From NCBI GenBank assembly GCA_964580965.1, contig CAZOLZ010000007.1, forward strand, positions 34 through 64,033: a DNA stretch of 64,000 bases, written 5' to 3'. Positions within the stretch are counted from its first letter, which is position 1. Each line of letters begins with the position of its first letter. Positions 46,540 through 57,101 of the stretch are shown in pieces. The notes beneath the pieces were generated by a model that did not search any database, had not been told where the DNA came from, and saw only the letters and a program-made list of their open reading frames with translations. Source of the DNA: an uncultured Flavobacteriales bacterium (lineage in GTDB: Bacteria > Bacteroidota > Bacteroidia > Flavobacteriales_D > Crocinitomicaceae). A program made the position numbers and the translations under genes.

Positions 46540-49014
46540 TTATAGCGTATTTTTATTCCGCTTTATGTTTTTTAAATAAATCGTATCCAAAAAATACATA
46601 AAACGAATAGAAATACTATTTAAAGCGTTCAATTCCATCAATTCATCAACATTTTGAAAATAGTTCAGTGTGGCGTTATTGTTTGTGTTGAAAATTGAAT
46701 TTTTCCAAACGATATTTATTTCACTTGCTGGAGCAAAAACCCAACGATAAACCATATCTATCGTAAAAGCATTGTTGTTTATATTATAATAGGACTCAAT
46801 ATTATGATTCAAGCTATTTGCAGAAAGAGGGTTTAAATAGCCATTATCTTCAAGTGTGAAAAAAGAAGAGTAATTGACTCTCGCCCAATAATGCCTTAAA
46901 CGAAAAGTCATCCCCATTCGATTGGTTAACGTATAATTAAAATTCATAGTATTTATCGATGTTAACTTATCTCTTTGACCGAATATTATACCATTTGGAA
47001 GAGGATTTGTATTCGAATTTAATAAAGCATATCCTTGTTCGTTGTATGTGAAAAACTGTCGATGATCAAGTATTAAAAACAATCTATCGGAAAGTCTAAA
47101 GCGAGGACTAATCCTAAATTTCCATTCTTGCCAATTTGCCCTATTAAAGAAGACACTGTAAACACTAGCATCTACCGCAAATTGTTTTTGATAGTTACTA
47201 GATAACCATCCTCCAATATTTATGTTTTTAGGACGGACATAAAAGTAACCAGAAGCTCGGGGCTCAAAAAAATCATTCGATTGAGTTAGATTAGAATTTA
47301 ACTCCAACATGTAAGAATGAAAACGATTATCGGTAATACCAATGTTCCCTGATAAAGTTGTTCCTATATATCGTTTAGTACTATATAAACTAGTGTTTTC
47401 TACTGAGAGTCTTGACCACAATCGATTTAGTTTCCAAAAAGGTTTATAAATGTTATAACCCATTGATGCTGATGTTCTTCTTGTGTTATTCATCAATAAA
47501 AAACCGAGATCATTTTGATCATAAGTATCTGAGTCTTCTTTGTAATTAAATGAATAAATAAAACTGCCTGTTTGCTTTCCAATATTTAATCCGAGGGAAT
47601 GACCAATAATATCGGATTGTTCAAAATATTGTTGCGATATATTTAAATTTGAAGCAATAAAATACTTATTACTTTTTGTGTTAAGTTTTGTGTGTAAAGC
47701 AGACAAATTAGCATCATAAAATTTTCCTTCCCTCAATACATTTGTATTCGTAAATGTTATATAACTATTATTCTTTAAATTTTGATCCAATACTAATACG
47801 TTATAATTAGTTAATGGTGAGGTCAATAATTGACGTGAAGCACCTGTCAATGTGTCGGAAACTGAAGCAAATGTTGATGCACTTAACCCATTAAAAACCC
47901 CTATCCCTAAACCTTTTGATGTTCTACCAGAAATTTTCGTTGCATTAAGTAATTGTGAGTTTCTGGGGTTACTTTCAACTTGTTCATTAGCATTTAATTC
48001 ATCATAAATTGAAGTTGAAAGAAGTGGAGAACCTCCAATTCTTCTACTATAAAAAAGATTAGTTTTATTAAACAATTCTGTACCCTCTGTAAAGAATTGG
48101 CGATAATCTTGAAATTGAATTTCAAATGGAGAAAGGTTTAATACTTCATTGTCGAACTGAACTTGACCAAAATCTGGTATCAAAGTCATATCTAAAGTAA
48201 ACGCTTCATTGATACCATATTTAATATCCATACCACCATTTATAGCTCTTCCCCAATTACTTTTTTGATCAATATTGTATGGGTAATGTTCTGCATAAGT
48301 TGAAATATATGGTATTAAAGAGAGTCTAAAAGGTGGCTTTATACCAGAAACATTCAATAAATCACCACATTGTGCCATATCATTTTCAAAATCTGGTCTA
48401 ATTGGATTCCAAGAGGATGATTCCCTTCTTCTTGATATGTGACGAATAAAATTTACCCCCCAATTTTGTATTTGTTTTTTAGAAAATCGAAATGCTGAAT
48501 AAGGAATTAAAAACTCTACAGACCAATTATCTTCATTCAGTTTAACCTCACTTTTCCAAGCCATATCTACTTCACCATACCATTCAGAAACAAAAACTTT
48601 AGCATCATATTGAACTCCCATACTACTTACACCAAAAGCAAAACCATTTTGATTATCGTTATATGTGTCTATTATGAAGGTAAAATAGTCTATATTACTA
48701 TTAAAATCATCACGTTGACTTAGCACATTTGAAACTTTAGACATATCATCATAACATCTAGCACCTATGTATATGTTTAAATCGTCATATAAAACACGGA
48801 CTTCTGTTTTTTGAGAAGCAGCTTTTCCAACTTGTGGTGAAGACTGTATGAATTCGGTAGCCCTTTTCGCTGAAACCCATTCCTCTTCGGTTAGTTCACC
48901 ATCTATTGTGATTTTAGAATTAATACGTTCTGCCTTAATTGTTTTTTGACTAATCCCATAATTTACACATATCTGTGTAAAAAGTAAAATAGCTATATGG
49001 GTCAATATTTTCAA
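46540..49014 (-). CDS. Large outer-membrane protein with N-terminal CBM9/DOMON-like domain (DUF5916-like)
   Basis: Signal peptide, ITIDGELTEEEWVSAKRATEF N-domain, and a long beta-rich C-terminal region. Only a TTG start is available at 49014. Confidence 0.65.
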   Translation of the reverse strand: MKILTHIAILLFTQICVNYGISQKTIKAERINSKITIDGELTEEEWVSAKRATEFIQSSPQVGKAASQKTEVRVLYDDLNIYIGARCYDDMSKVSNVLSQRDDFNSNIDYFTFIIDTYNDNQNGFAFGVSSMGVQYDAKVFVSEWYGEVDMAWKSEVKLNEDNWSVEFLIPYSAFRFSKKQIQNWGVNFIRHISRRRESSSWNPIRPDFENDMAQCGDLLNVSGIKPPFRLSLIPYISTYAEHYPYNIDQKSNWGRAINGGMDIKYGINEAFTLDMTLIPDFGQVQFDNEVLNLSPFEIQFQDYRQFFTEGTELFNKTNLFYSRRIGGSPLLSTSIYDELNANEQVESNPRNSQLLNATKISGRTSKGLGIGVFNGLSASTFASVSDTLTGASRQLLTSPLTNYNVLVLDQNLKNNSYITFTNTNVLREGKFYDANLSALHTKLNTKSNKYFIASNLNISQQYFEQSDIIGHSLGLNIGKQTGSFIYSFNYKEDSDTYDQNDLGFLLMNNTRRTSASMGYNIYKPFWKLNRLWSRLSVENTSLYSTKRYIGTTLSGNIGITDNRFHSYMLELNSNLTQSNDFFEPRASGYFYVRPKNINIGGWLSSNYQKQFAVDASVYSVFFNRANWQEWKFRISPRFRLSDRLFLILDHRQFFTYNEQGYALLNSNTNPLPNGIIFGQRDKLTSINTMNFNYTLTNRMGMTFRLRHYWARVNYSSFFTLEDNGYLNPLSANSLNHNIESYYNINNNAFTIDMVYRWVFAPASEINIVWKNSIFNTNNNATLNYFQNVDELMELNALNSISIRFMYFLDTIYLKNIKRNKNTL

Positions 49015-49205
49015 ATCAAAAAAACTATATTTTACAACCTTTAAATCTATTTATTGATTTAATTAAGCAAAACTATTAATTCTCCGTAAAGAGAATGTTT
49101 ATGATTTTATTCAGTCTAAAATTAATATAAAATATCGTTGACAAAACCCGAAATACATTAACGGAAAAATAAATAGATGGTAGGTAATTTAATTAGTATT
49201 AATAC

Positions 49206-50249
49206 CTAAATGTTGTAAAATTTCTTCTTTAACTTCAAAATAGGCTTCTCAATCAATTCAAATGAAATTATTGCTACCATCAAAACTAAAATTATGTTTT
49301 GAGGTGATTGCTGAATCCAAAGTTCACCTCCTGGACCTGTTCTTAAAAATAGTCCTTGATAAATATAAATTCCATATGAAATTCTTCCAATGTATGATAA
49401 TGGTTTAAAGCTTAAAATTTGAGTGATTTTTGATTTTTGATTTTGTAAAATCCATAGTAGTAAGAGACCAGTACCTATGGCTTGAAAAACATACCTGATT
49501 TCCATCCATTTTAAAGGAGCATATAAAGGATAAACGAAAAGAAAAATTGCCACAAACAATAAAGCTTTGCCAAAATTTTGAAAAAAATAAACAACCCTTT
49601 TTGAAGAGTAAATAGTCAAATAAGCAAAATAAGAACCGATTAAAATAGGAGCTAAAGCAGGAATAATCCACCTTTCTGTATAGTATCCTTCAGTAAATTT
49701 AAACGTTGGTAATACATAACTTGCAATACAACTTAAAATTAGTATGAGTATAATTATTACTGTTATTTTAAACCTTGAAAAAAACACTACAAGCATCGGC
49801 CAAATCAAATAATATTGTTCTTCTACAGCTAACGACCAAGTGTGAGCTAACTCTGGTAAATAATGATTGTTATGGACAAAATTATAGAGGTAAAAAAAAG
49901 AATATACTAAAGCCTGTTTATCTGAATTAATCGAATCGATTAGCATCAATACAGTTATTCCAGAAAAAAATATAAATAATGGTGGCAATAAACGTAAAAA
50001 CCTTCGGATATAAAAAAACTTAAAGTTGATTTTTCCAGACTTAATTTTTTCTTCCAACAACAATTTTGTGATCAAAAACCCACTCAACGTAAAAAACACT
50101 TGAACTCCTGCCGTACCAGAAATTACTCCCCAAAGTCTAACTCTGTAAAATGCTATTTCTGGAAGTTCAAAATATAAACCTAAATGACTAGCTATAACTA
50201 GAATAATTGAAAATGCTCTTAATGAATCAAAGCCTTTGATGTGCTTCAT
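49206..50249 (-). CDS. Acyltransferase family 3 membrane protein
   Basis: FDSLRAFSIILVIASH N-terminus, HTWSLAVEEQYY motif, about 10 TM helices. Confidence 0.85.
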   Translation of the reverse strand: MKHIKGFDSLRAFSIILVIASHLGLYFELPEIAFYRVRLWGVISGTAGVQVFFTLSGFLITKLLLEEKIKSGKINFKFFYIRRFLRLLPPLFIFFSGITVLMLIDSINSDKQALVYSFFYLYNFVHNNHYLPELAHTWSLAVEEQYYLIWPMLVVFFSRFKITVIIILILILSCIASYVLPTFKFTEGYYTERWIIPALAPILIGSYFAYLTIYSSKRVVYFFQNFGKALLFVAIFLFVYPLYAPLKWMEIRYVFQAIGTGLLLLWILQNQKSKITQILSFKPLSYIGRISYGIYIYQGLFLRTGPGGELWIQQSPQNIILVLMVAIISFELIEKPILKLKKKFYNI

Positions 50250-53200
50250 GCCTCAACTGGTATTACCTCGTTGAATTTATCAAACGCCTGATCTATTGTT
50301 GTTACATTTTCAAAAATAATACGCAGTTTTCCGTTGGCTTCTGAAAATTTACAACCTTTAGGTCCTCTTTGAATATAATTTAAAACTTTAGTAAATGTAT
50401 CCGTTTCATAATACTTTGATTGAGGATTTGCGATGAAATATCCAATCATTTTATTTTGTTTTAACACTACTTTTTCAATTCCTAATGATTGTGCTAACCA
50501 TCTAAACCTAAAGGATAATAATAAATCATCAACTTCCGAGGGCAATGGACCAAAACGGTCTTGTAAACGTTGAGAAAATTCTTCTAACATTTGCTCACTT
50601 TCTAGATTATCTAACTCTTGATACAAACTCAAACGCTCAGCAACATTGTTGACATAAGTATCAGGAATTCTTACCTCTAAATCTGTTTCGAAAACACAAT
50701 CTCTCACATAAGTACCAAACGTATCTGTATTACGTTCATCGAATAATTCCTTAAATTCAGATTCTTTTAATTCTTCCATTGCTTCATTTAAGATTTTCTG
50801 ATACATCTCAAATCCAATTTCAGAAATAAATCCACTTTGCTCACCTCCTAGCATATTTCCGGCACCACGAATATCCAAATCTTTCATCGCAATATTGAAA
50901 CCTGCCCCTAAATCTGAAAACTGAACTAAGGCCTCTAATCGTTTACGTGCTTCTGTTGTTAAGAAGGTTGATTTTGGTGCTACTAAATAACAAAATCCTT
51001 TTTTATTTGAACGTCCAACCCTTCCTCTCAATTGATGCAAATCACTCAATCCAAATTGATGTGCATCGTTGATGATAATCGTATTGGCATTCGAAATATC
51101 AATACCCGATTCGATAATTGTTGTTGCCAACAATACATCGTATTCATGATTGATAAAGTCCATCATAATTTTCTCCAACTCTTTACCATCCATTTGTCCG
51201 TGGCCGATTGCAATTCGAATTCCTGGACACAATCGTTGCAACATTCCAGCAATTTCTTTAATGTTAGCTAAACGATTGTTTATGAAAAAGACTTGTCCTC
51301 CCCTACTCACCTCATAAGCTACTGCATCCCTAATTTGCTCTTCATTGAATTGCATAACCTCTGTCAATACAGGCTGTCTATTTGGTGGTGGTGTATTAAT
51401 TAAACTTAAATCCCTCGCGCCCATCAGTGAAAACTGCAATGTTCTTGGAATTGGTGTTGCTGTTAAAGTCAATGTGTCAACTGTTGCTCTTAAAGTTTTC
51501 AATTTATCTTTCACAGAAACCCCAAATTTCTGCTCCTCATCGATAATCATTAAACCTAAATCCTTGAACTTAACACGTTCTGCAACAATAGCATGTGTTC
51601 CAACTAAAATATCGATTTCACCACTAGCTAATTTCTTTAATGTTTCATTGACATGCTTGGTTGACTTGAAACGGTTGATGTAATCTACTTTACATGGAAA
51701 ATCTTTCAGACGCGCCATAAAACTGCGATAATGTTGCATCGAAAGAATGGTTGTAGGAACTAAAACCGCTACTTGCTTACTATCAGCAACAGCTTTAAAA
51801 GCCGCTCGAATGGCTAATTCTGTTTTCCCAAAACCAACATCGCCACAAACTAAACGATCCATAGGTGTTGAAGATTCCATATCCTCTTTGATCGCTTGAG
51901 TTGTTTTTAATTGGTCAGGGGTATCTTCGTACATGAAGGAAGCTTCTAATTCGTTTTGTAAGTAGGAATCTTTTGAAAAAGCAAAACCTGGTTGACTTTT
52001 ACGCTTGGCATACAATTGAATTAAATCGAAGGCTAAATCCTTAATTTTCTTTTTCGTTTTATTCTTTAATGTTGCCCATGTCTGCGTACCTAACTTATTC
52101 ATTTTAGGAGCAACACCATCTTTACCTGTAAATTTGGATATACGATGAAGCGAGTGAATCCCAACATACAATACATCACCATCTTTGTAAATCAAACGAA
52201 TAGCTTCCTGAGGTTTTCCGTTAACATCAATTGTTTGTAAACCAGAAAACTGACCAACACCATGATCGATATGTGTTACATAATCTCCTTTTTGAAGATT
52301 ATAGATCTCCTTCAAAGTCAGTGCTTGCTTTGCTTGTTGAAAACCTTCTTTCAAGCGAAAACGATGATAACGTTCAAACAGTTGATGATCTGTGTAACAA
52401 ACTAATTTATTCGTCTGATCAATAAATCCTTCGTGCAACGCAAAATGCATCGGTTCATAAACTACATCTCCACCTATATCTTCAAAAATTTGGTCTAACC
52501 GGTCAATTTGTTTCGGTTGATTTGAAAAGATTAAGTTTGTATCTCCTTTTTTAGTGTGTGCTATTAAATCCGAACGTAACAATTCAAAATTCTTATTGAA
52601 ACTCGGTTGCGGTAAAAATTTGAATTGATAAACTAAATCTGTTTTTAAAGAATAATCAGGTCCCCATTCGATCACAGATAAACCTTCCAACTGTTTTTTC
52701 AAATCTGTTGGATGTGTGTATAATTCACTTGGAATTGCTGGTTTAACAGCTCCTTCATATTGATCGTATAATTTTACTGCCTTTGTGTATTCTTTTTCTA
52801 GATCGTTAAATAACTTATCAAACGATGAAATCCACAGCAACGCATTTTTTTCGATAAATTCAAGGAAAGTACCATTTTTAGTTTGAACAAGTTTTCCTTG
52901 AACATTTGGGACTATGTTAAAATGATTATGTTTTGTAATGGATAATTGAGATGATGCATCAAACGTTCGAATTGATTCAACCTCATCACCAAAAAATTCA
53001 ATCCTAAATGGATGATCATTAACAAATGAAAAGATATCTACTATTCCTCCTCGAATAGAAAATTGACCTGGTTCGTACACAAAATCAACACGTTCAAAAT
53101 TATATTCCAACAATAATTCATTCATAAAATCCAATGAATAAGTTTTACCAACTTCCACTTTTAAGGTATTGGAGGATAAATTAACTTTCGTTGGAACACG

Positions 53201-53590
53201 TTCGAACAATGCATCAGGGTATGTTACAATCAAATTATTTTTCCCGTTATTGATTTTTTCTAAAACCTGAGCTCTTGCTACAACATTAGCATTATCTGTT
53301 TCCTCAAATTGATAAGGGACTCTATATGATGCCGGATAAAATAAAACGTGATTATCATTAGGGAAAAGTGCCTCTAAATCATTTAAAAAATAAGCCGCCT
53401 CTTCTTTATCATTTAGAATAAATAGATGATTTCCTGGAACTTGTTGAGTTAAAGCAGCAGCACATAATGCTCTAGAAGAACCAACAAGCCCCTTCCATTG
53501 TAATTGAGCGCCTACTAATTGTAATTCATTGGCAGAATTTTCAATTTGTTCCATTGAAGCGAATTGCTTCTTCAAGTCTTTTAAATCCAT
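50246..53590 (-). CDS. mfd: Transcription-repair coupling factor
   Basis: 1114 aa. UvrB-homology N-terminus, CarD-like KGDYVTHIDHGVG, helicase motifs GDVGFGKTE, DEEQKFG, TATPIPRT, QLRGRVGR. Confidence 0.95.
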   Translation of the reverse strand: MDLKDLKKQFASMEQIENSANELQLVGAQLQWKGLVGSSRALCAAALTQQVPGNHLFILNDKEEAAYFLNDLEALFPNDNHVLFYPASYRVPYQFEETDNANVVARAQVLEKINNGKNNLIVTYPDALFERVPTKVNLSSNTLKVEVGKTYSLDFMNELLLEYNFERVDFVYEPGQFSIRGGIVDIFSFVNDHPFRIEFFGDEVESIRTFDASSQLSITKHNHFNIVPNVQGKLVQTKNGTFLEFIEKNALLWISSFDKLFNDLEKEYTKAVKLYDQYEGAVKPAIPSELYTHPTDLKKQLEGLSVIEWGPDYSLKTDLVYQFKFLPQPSFNKNFELLRSDLIAHTKKGDTNLIFSNQPKQIDRLDQIFEDIGGDVVYEPMHFALHEGFIDQTNKLVCYTDHQLFERYHRFRLKEGFQQAKQALTLKEIYNLQKGDYVTHIDHGVGQFSGLQTIDVNGKPQEAIRLIYKDGDVLYVGIHSLHRISKFTGKDGVAPKMNKLGTQTWATLKNKTKKKIKDLAFDLIQLYAKRKSQPGFAFSKDSYLQNELEASFMYEDTPDQLKTTQAIKEDMESSTPMDRLVCGDVGFGKTELAIRAAFKAVADSKQVAVLVPTTILSMQHYRSFMARLKDFPCKVDYINRFKSTKHVNETLKKLASGEIDILVGTHAIVAERVKFKDLGLMIIDEEQKFGVSVKDKLKTLRATVDTLTLTATPIPRTLQFSLMGARDLSLINTPPPNRQPVLTEVMQFNEEQIRDAVAYEVSRGGQVFFINNRLANIKEIAGMLQRLCPGIRIAIGHGQMDGKELEKIMMDFINHEYDVLLATTIIESGIDISNANTIIINDAHQFGLSDLHQLRGRVGRSNKKGFCYLVAPKSTFLTTEARKRLEALVQFSDLGAGFNIAMKDLDIRGAGNMLGGEQSGFISEIGFEMYQKILNEAMEELKESEFKELFDERNTDTFGTYVRDCVFETDLEVRIPDTYVNNVAERLSLYQELDNLESEQMLEEFSQRLQDRFGPLPSEVDDLLLSFRFRWLAQSLGIEKVVLKQNKMIGYFIANPQSKYYETDTFTKVLNYIQRGPKGCKFSEANGKLRIIFENVTTIDQAFDKFNEVIPVEA

Positions 53591-53597
53591 TGTAATG

Positions 53598-53605
53598 CAA
53601 ATTTA
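53598..53605 (-). promoter_or_regulatory. -7 box TAAATTTG 7 nt upstream of the mfd ATG
   Basis: Reverse complement of caaattta. Confidence 0.4.
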
Positions 53606-53805
53606 ATTAAACAATTTAACAATGTGGAAATGGAGCAATTAAATAGATTTTAAGCTGCAAGTTTTTTCAAAATTGGATTGAGAAAAGGACTCTTCTCTTG
53701 AGAGATTGTTCGTCAAATGACGAACGAGATTAATAAAAATAAATTTAATAGATATAGTTGTGAATGATGTTTTTGAATTGGAGGTGGGGATTGATATTTA
53801 TAAAA

Positions 53806-53840
53806 AAACCGTTAGTTTCGAGAACCTCAACTAACGGTTT
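53806..53840 (-). terminator. Rho-independent terminator of leuS
   Basis: On the minus strand: AACCGTTAG-15-nt loop-CTAACGGTT followed by TTTTTTTA. Confidence 0.7.
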
Positions 53841-53903
53841 AATTCTATTATAAAATCTAAATATTCTCTTAGTATAGTCGAATGTTAACTGATGACATCT
53901 ATG

Positions 53904-56741
53904 CTACATCACCACATTCACAATCTTACCAGGAACTACAATCACCTTTTTAGGTGTTTTTCCATCTAAATATTTTTGTGCTTCGGACTTACTCATTACT
54001 TCTTTTTCGACTTCTTTTGGGGTCAATGCCAATGGTAATTCTAATTTGAAACGCATTTTACCATTAAAACTAACCGGATAAGTAAAATTAGATTCTACCA
54101 ATACACTTTCGTCAAATTGCGGAAAAGTTGCGTAACTGATTGTTCCTGCTTTGTTTCCCAATTTAACCCATAGTTCTTCACAAATATGAGGTGCGTAAGG
54201 CGATAATAAAATCACTAATTGCTCTAAAATAGTTTTATTATTACACTTTTGATCAGTTAATTCATTTACACAAATCATAAAATTTGACACCCCTGTATTG
54301 AATGAGAAACGTTCTAAATCATCACTTATTTTCTTAATTGTTTTGTGTAATGATTTTAACGCTTTTTTTGTGGGTTCTCCATCTGTAATTACAACATTTC
54401 CTTGCTCATCGTGGAACAAACGCCATAATTTTCGTAAGAAGTTGTGTACCCCATTGATACCTTTCGTATCCCATGGTTTACTTTGCTCCAATGGACCTAA
54501 AAACATCTCGTACATCCTCAATGTGTCTGCACCAAATTTCTCTACTAATTCATCTGGTGTTTGAACGTTGAACTTAGATTTAGACATTTTTTCTACTTCG
54601 TGACCACAAACATATGTTCCATCATCTTCTAAAATGAATTCTGCATTGTTATATTCATCACGTGATTTTTTGAATGCTTCTAAATCTAATTTATCGTTCT
54701 CTACGATTGAAACATCTACATGTAACCTATTTGTTTTAAACTCTTTGCGTTTATTAAATGAAACAAATTTGTTTGTCCCTTCAATTCGATAAACAAAACT
54801 ACTTCTTCCCAAAATCATCCCTTGATTAATCATCTTTTGGAATGGTTCATCAAACGAAATAAATCCTAAATCGTGTAGTGCTTTTGTCCAGAATCGTGCA
54901 TATAATAAGTGACCTGTTGCATGTTCTGCTCCGCCGATATATAAGTCAACTGATTTCCAATAGTCTGATTTACTCTTACTTACAAATTCTTGCTCGTTTT
55001 GCGCATCCATATAACGTAAGAAATACCAAGAACTTCCAGCCCAACCGGGCATTGTGTTCAACTCAATTGGAAAAATTGTTGTGTTGTTTACCAAATTGTT
55101 GCTAACCACTTTCTTGTTTTCAATATCCCAAGCCCAATTGGTTGCGTTACCTAATGGTGGCTGACCATCTTCTGTAGGTAAGTATTTTTCAACTTCTGGT
55201 AAAATGATAGGTAAACTCTCTGTTTCAATCATTTGTGGAATTCCATCCTTGTAGTATACTGGGAATGGTTCACCCCAATATCTTTGTCTTGAGAAAACAG
55301 CGTCTCTTAAACGGTAATTTGTTTTACCTTTTCCTATTCCTTTTTCTTCAATTTTTTGAATCGCAACCTGCATTGCTTCTTTGATTTCTAAACCACTTAA
55401 GAAATCAGAATTTGCAATTTTTCCTGATTTTTCAGCATAAGCTGCTTCAGAAATATCTATATTTTCAAAAATATTTTTGATTTCAATGTTAAAGTGTTTT
55501 GCAAAATCATAATCACGTTGATCACCACAAGGAACAGCCATTACAGCACCTGTTCCATATGAAGCTAATACGTAATCACCTATCCAAATTTGTACTTTTT
55601 CTCCTGTAAATGGATGAATTGCATACGCTCCAATAAACTGACCCGTTATGTTTTTAACATCCGATTGACGGTCTCTTTCAGATTTCAAAGAAGCCTGTTT
55701 TTGGTATGCTTCAACTTTTTCTTTAAATTCACTTGTAGTCAATTCATCTACTAAAGGGTGCTCCGGTGCCAAAACTAAAAAGTTTACACCGAAAATTGTG
55801 TCAGGTCTAGTCGTAAACACCTCAATAAAAGCATCAGATAAGGAATCCTCCCCCTCTATCCCCCTCCAAAGGGGGAAGTGAACCGAGCATCCTGTCGATT
55901 TTCCTAACCAATTTCGTTGAATTTCTTTAATCGATTCCGTCCAGTCTAACCCATCTAATCCTGTCAATAAACGTTCAGCATATGCTTTAATACGCATTGA
56001 CCATTGACGCATTAATTTTTGCTCAACTGGATGTCCACCTCGTTCAGAAACACCATTTACGATTTCATCATTGGCTAAAACTGTTCCCAAGTTGGGACAC
56101 CAATTCACCCAAGAATCTGCTAAAAATGCTAAACGGTAGTTTTGTAAAACATCTTCTTTTTCTTGTGCTGAAAATGCATTCCATTCACTTGCTGTGAACG
56201 TTCCTTCAAAATCAGAACAAGCATCAACATTTATATTTCCTTCTTTTTCAAACGTAGTGATTAAGACACCAATTTGAACAGCTTTATCTAACTTATAATC
56301 GTAATATGCATTAAATAACTGTTGGAAAATCCACTGAGACCATTTATAATATTCTGGAGATGAAGTTCGCACTTCTCTATCCCAATCGAAAGAGAAACCT
56401 ACTTTATCTAATTGATCTCTGTATCGTGCAATGTTTTGTTCAGTCGTTACAGCAGGATGTTGACCTGTTTGAATAGCATACTGCTCAGCAGGTAAGCCAA
56501 AAGAATCATAACCCATTGGGTGTAACACATTGAAACCTTTTAAACGTTTGTAACGCGCATAAATATCTGAAGCGATATAACCAAGAGGATGACCAACATG
56601 TAAACCCGCTCCAGAAGGGTAAGGGAACATATCTAAAACATAATATTTCGGTTTTTGACTTCCCTCTTGTGTTTTAAAGGTTTTGTTTTCAGCCCAAAAT
56701 TTTCTCCAATTAGCTTCTATCTCTTGAAAATTGTATTCCAT
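53904..56741 (-). CDS. leuS: Leucine--tRNA ligase
   Basis: HIGH motif GLHVGHPLGY, TTRPDTIFG editing-domain entry, KMSKS motif VEKMSKSKFN. Confidence 0.97.
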   Translation of the reverse strand: MEYNFQEIEANWRKFWAENKTFKTQEGSQKPKYYVLDMFPYPSGAGLHVGHPLGYIASDIYARYKRLKGFNVLHPMGYDSFGLPAEQYAIQTGQHPAVTTEQNIARYRDQLDKVGFSFDWDREVRTSSPEYYKWSQWIFQQLFNAYYDYKLDKAVQIGVLITTFEKEGNINVDACSDFEGTFTASEWNAFSAQEKEDVLQNYRLAFLADSWVNWCPNLGTVLANDEIVNGVSERGGHPVEQKLMRQWSMRIKAYAERLLTGLDGLDWTESIKEIQRNWLGKSTGCSVHFPLWRGIEGEDSLSDAFIEVFTTRPDTIFGVNFLVLAPEHPLVDELTTSEFKEKVEAYQKQASLKSERDRQSDVKNITGQFIGAYAIHPFTGEKVQIWIGDYVLASYGTGAVMAVPCGDQRDYDFAKHFNIEIKNIFENIDISEAAYAEKSGKIANSDFLSGLEIKEAMQVAIQKIEEKGIGKGKTNYRLRDAVFSRQRYWGEPFPVYYKDGIPQMIETESLPIILPEVEKYLPTEDGQPPLGNATNWAWDIENKKVVSNNLVNNTTIFPIELNTMPGWAGSSWYFLRYMDAQNEQEFVSKSKSDYWKSVDLYIGGAEHATGHLLYARFWTKALHDLGFISFDEPFQKMINQGMILGRSSFVYRIEGTNKFVSFNKRKEFKTNRLHVDVSIVENDKLDLEAFKKSRDEYNNAEFILEDDGTYVCGHEVEKMSKSKFNVQTPDELVEKFGADTLRMYEMFLGPLEQSKPWDTKGINGVHNFLRKLWRLFHDEQGNVVITDGEPTKKALKSLHKTIKKISDDLERFSFNTGVSNFMICVNELTDQKCNNKTILEQLVILLSPYAPHICEELWVKLGNKAGTISYATFPQFDESVLVESNFTYPVSFNGKMRFKLELPLALTPKEVEKEVMSKSEAQKYLDGKTPKKVIVVPGKIVNVVM

Positions 56742-56760
56742 TGCATTGTATTTTGAGTCG

Positions 56761-56768
56761 CAAAGGTA
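56761..56768 (-). promoter_or_regulatory. -7 box TACCTTTG, candidate leuS promoter
   Basis: Reverse complement of caaaggta, 19 nt upstream of the ATG at 56741. Confidence 0.55.
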
Positions 56769-57101
56769 GTGAATTTGAGAGAATGTATCAATTAATCAAC
56801 TTATCAATAGCCTTTTGAATAATTACATTATTTTAAGAATCAAAATCGACCTCGTATGTTTTTTGATAGACAGAAACATTCAAATATTCATTTCAAGAAA
56901 TTCAATTGAAAAGCTTTCGTATTTTTGAACTAAGAAATAAGAAGAAAAAAATCAGGTTTTTTTGTCTTGTTGATTTGAAATAGGTATTAGATATGCTGCT
57001 TGGAGAGGCAGTTTTCGTTTTCTAGTTTTATTAAAGTTTTTTCTTTTACCTATTTTTTATCTTAAACAGATGGAGGAACCTGTTTTTTTTGATATGATAC
57101 A

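Noticed and set aside
49015-49205. 191-bp spacer upstream of the CBM9-like outer-membrane gene as a possible invertible promoter
   Set aside because: It contains only a 6-bp hairpin (ATTCTC/GAGAAT). There are no flanking inverted repeats of useful length, no nearby recombinase, and no exact TAnnTTTG box in either orientation.
51032-52425. ORFs 51032..51271, 51345..51683 and 52231..52425 on the + strand
   Set aside because: They lie inside mfd on the opposite strand and are shadow ORFs without recognisable features.
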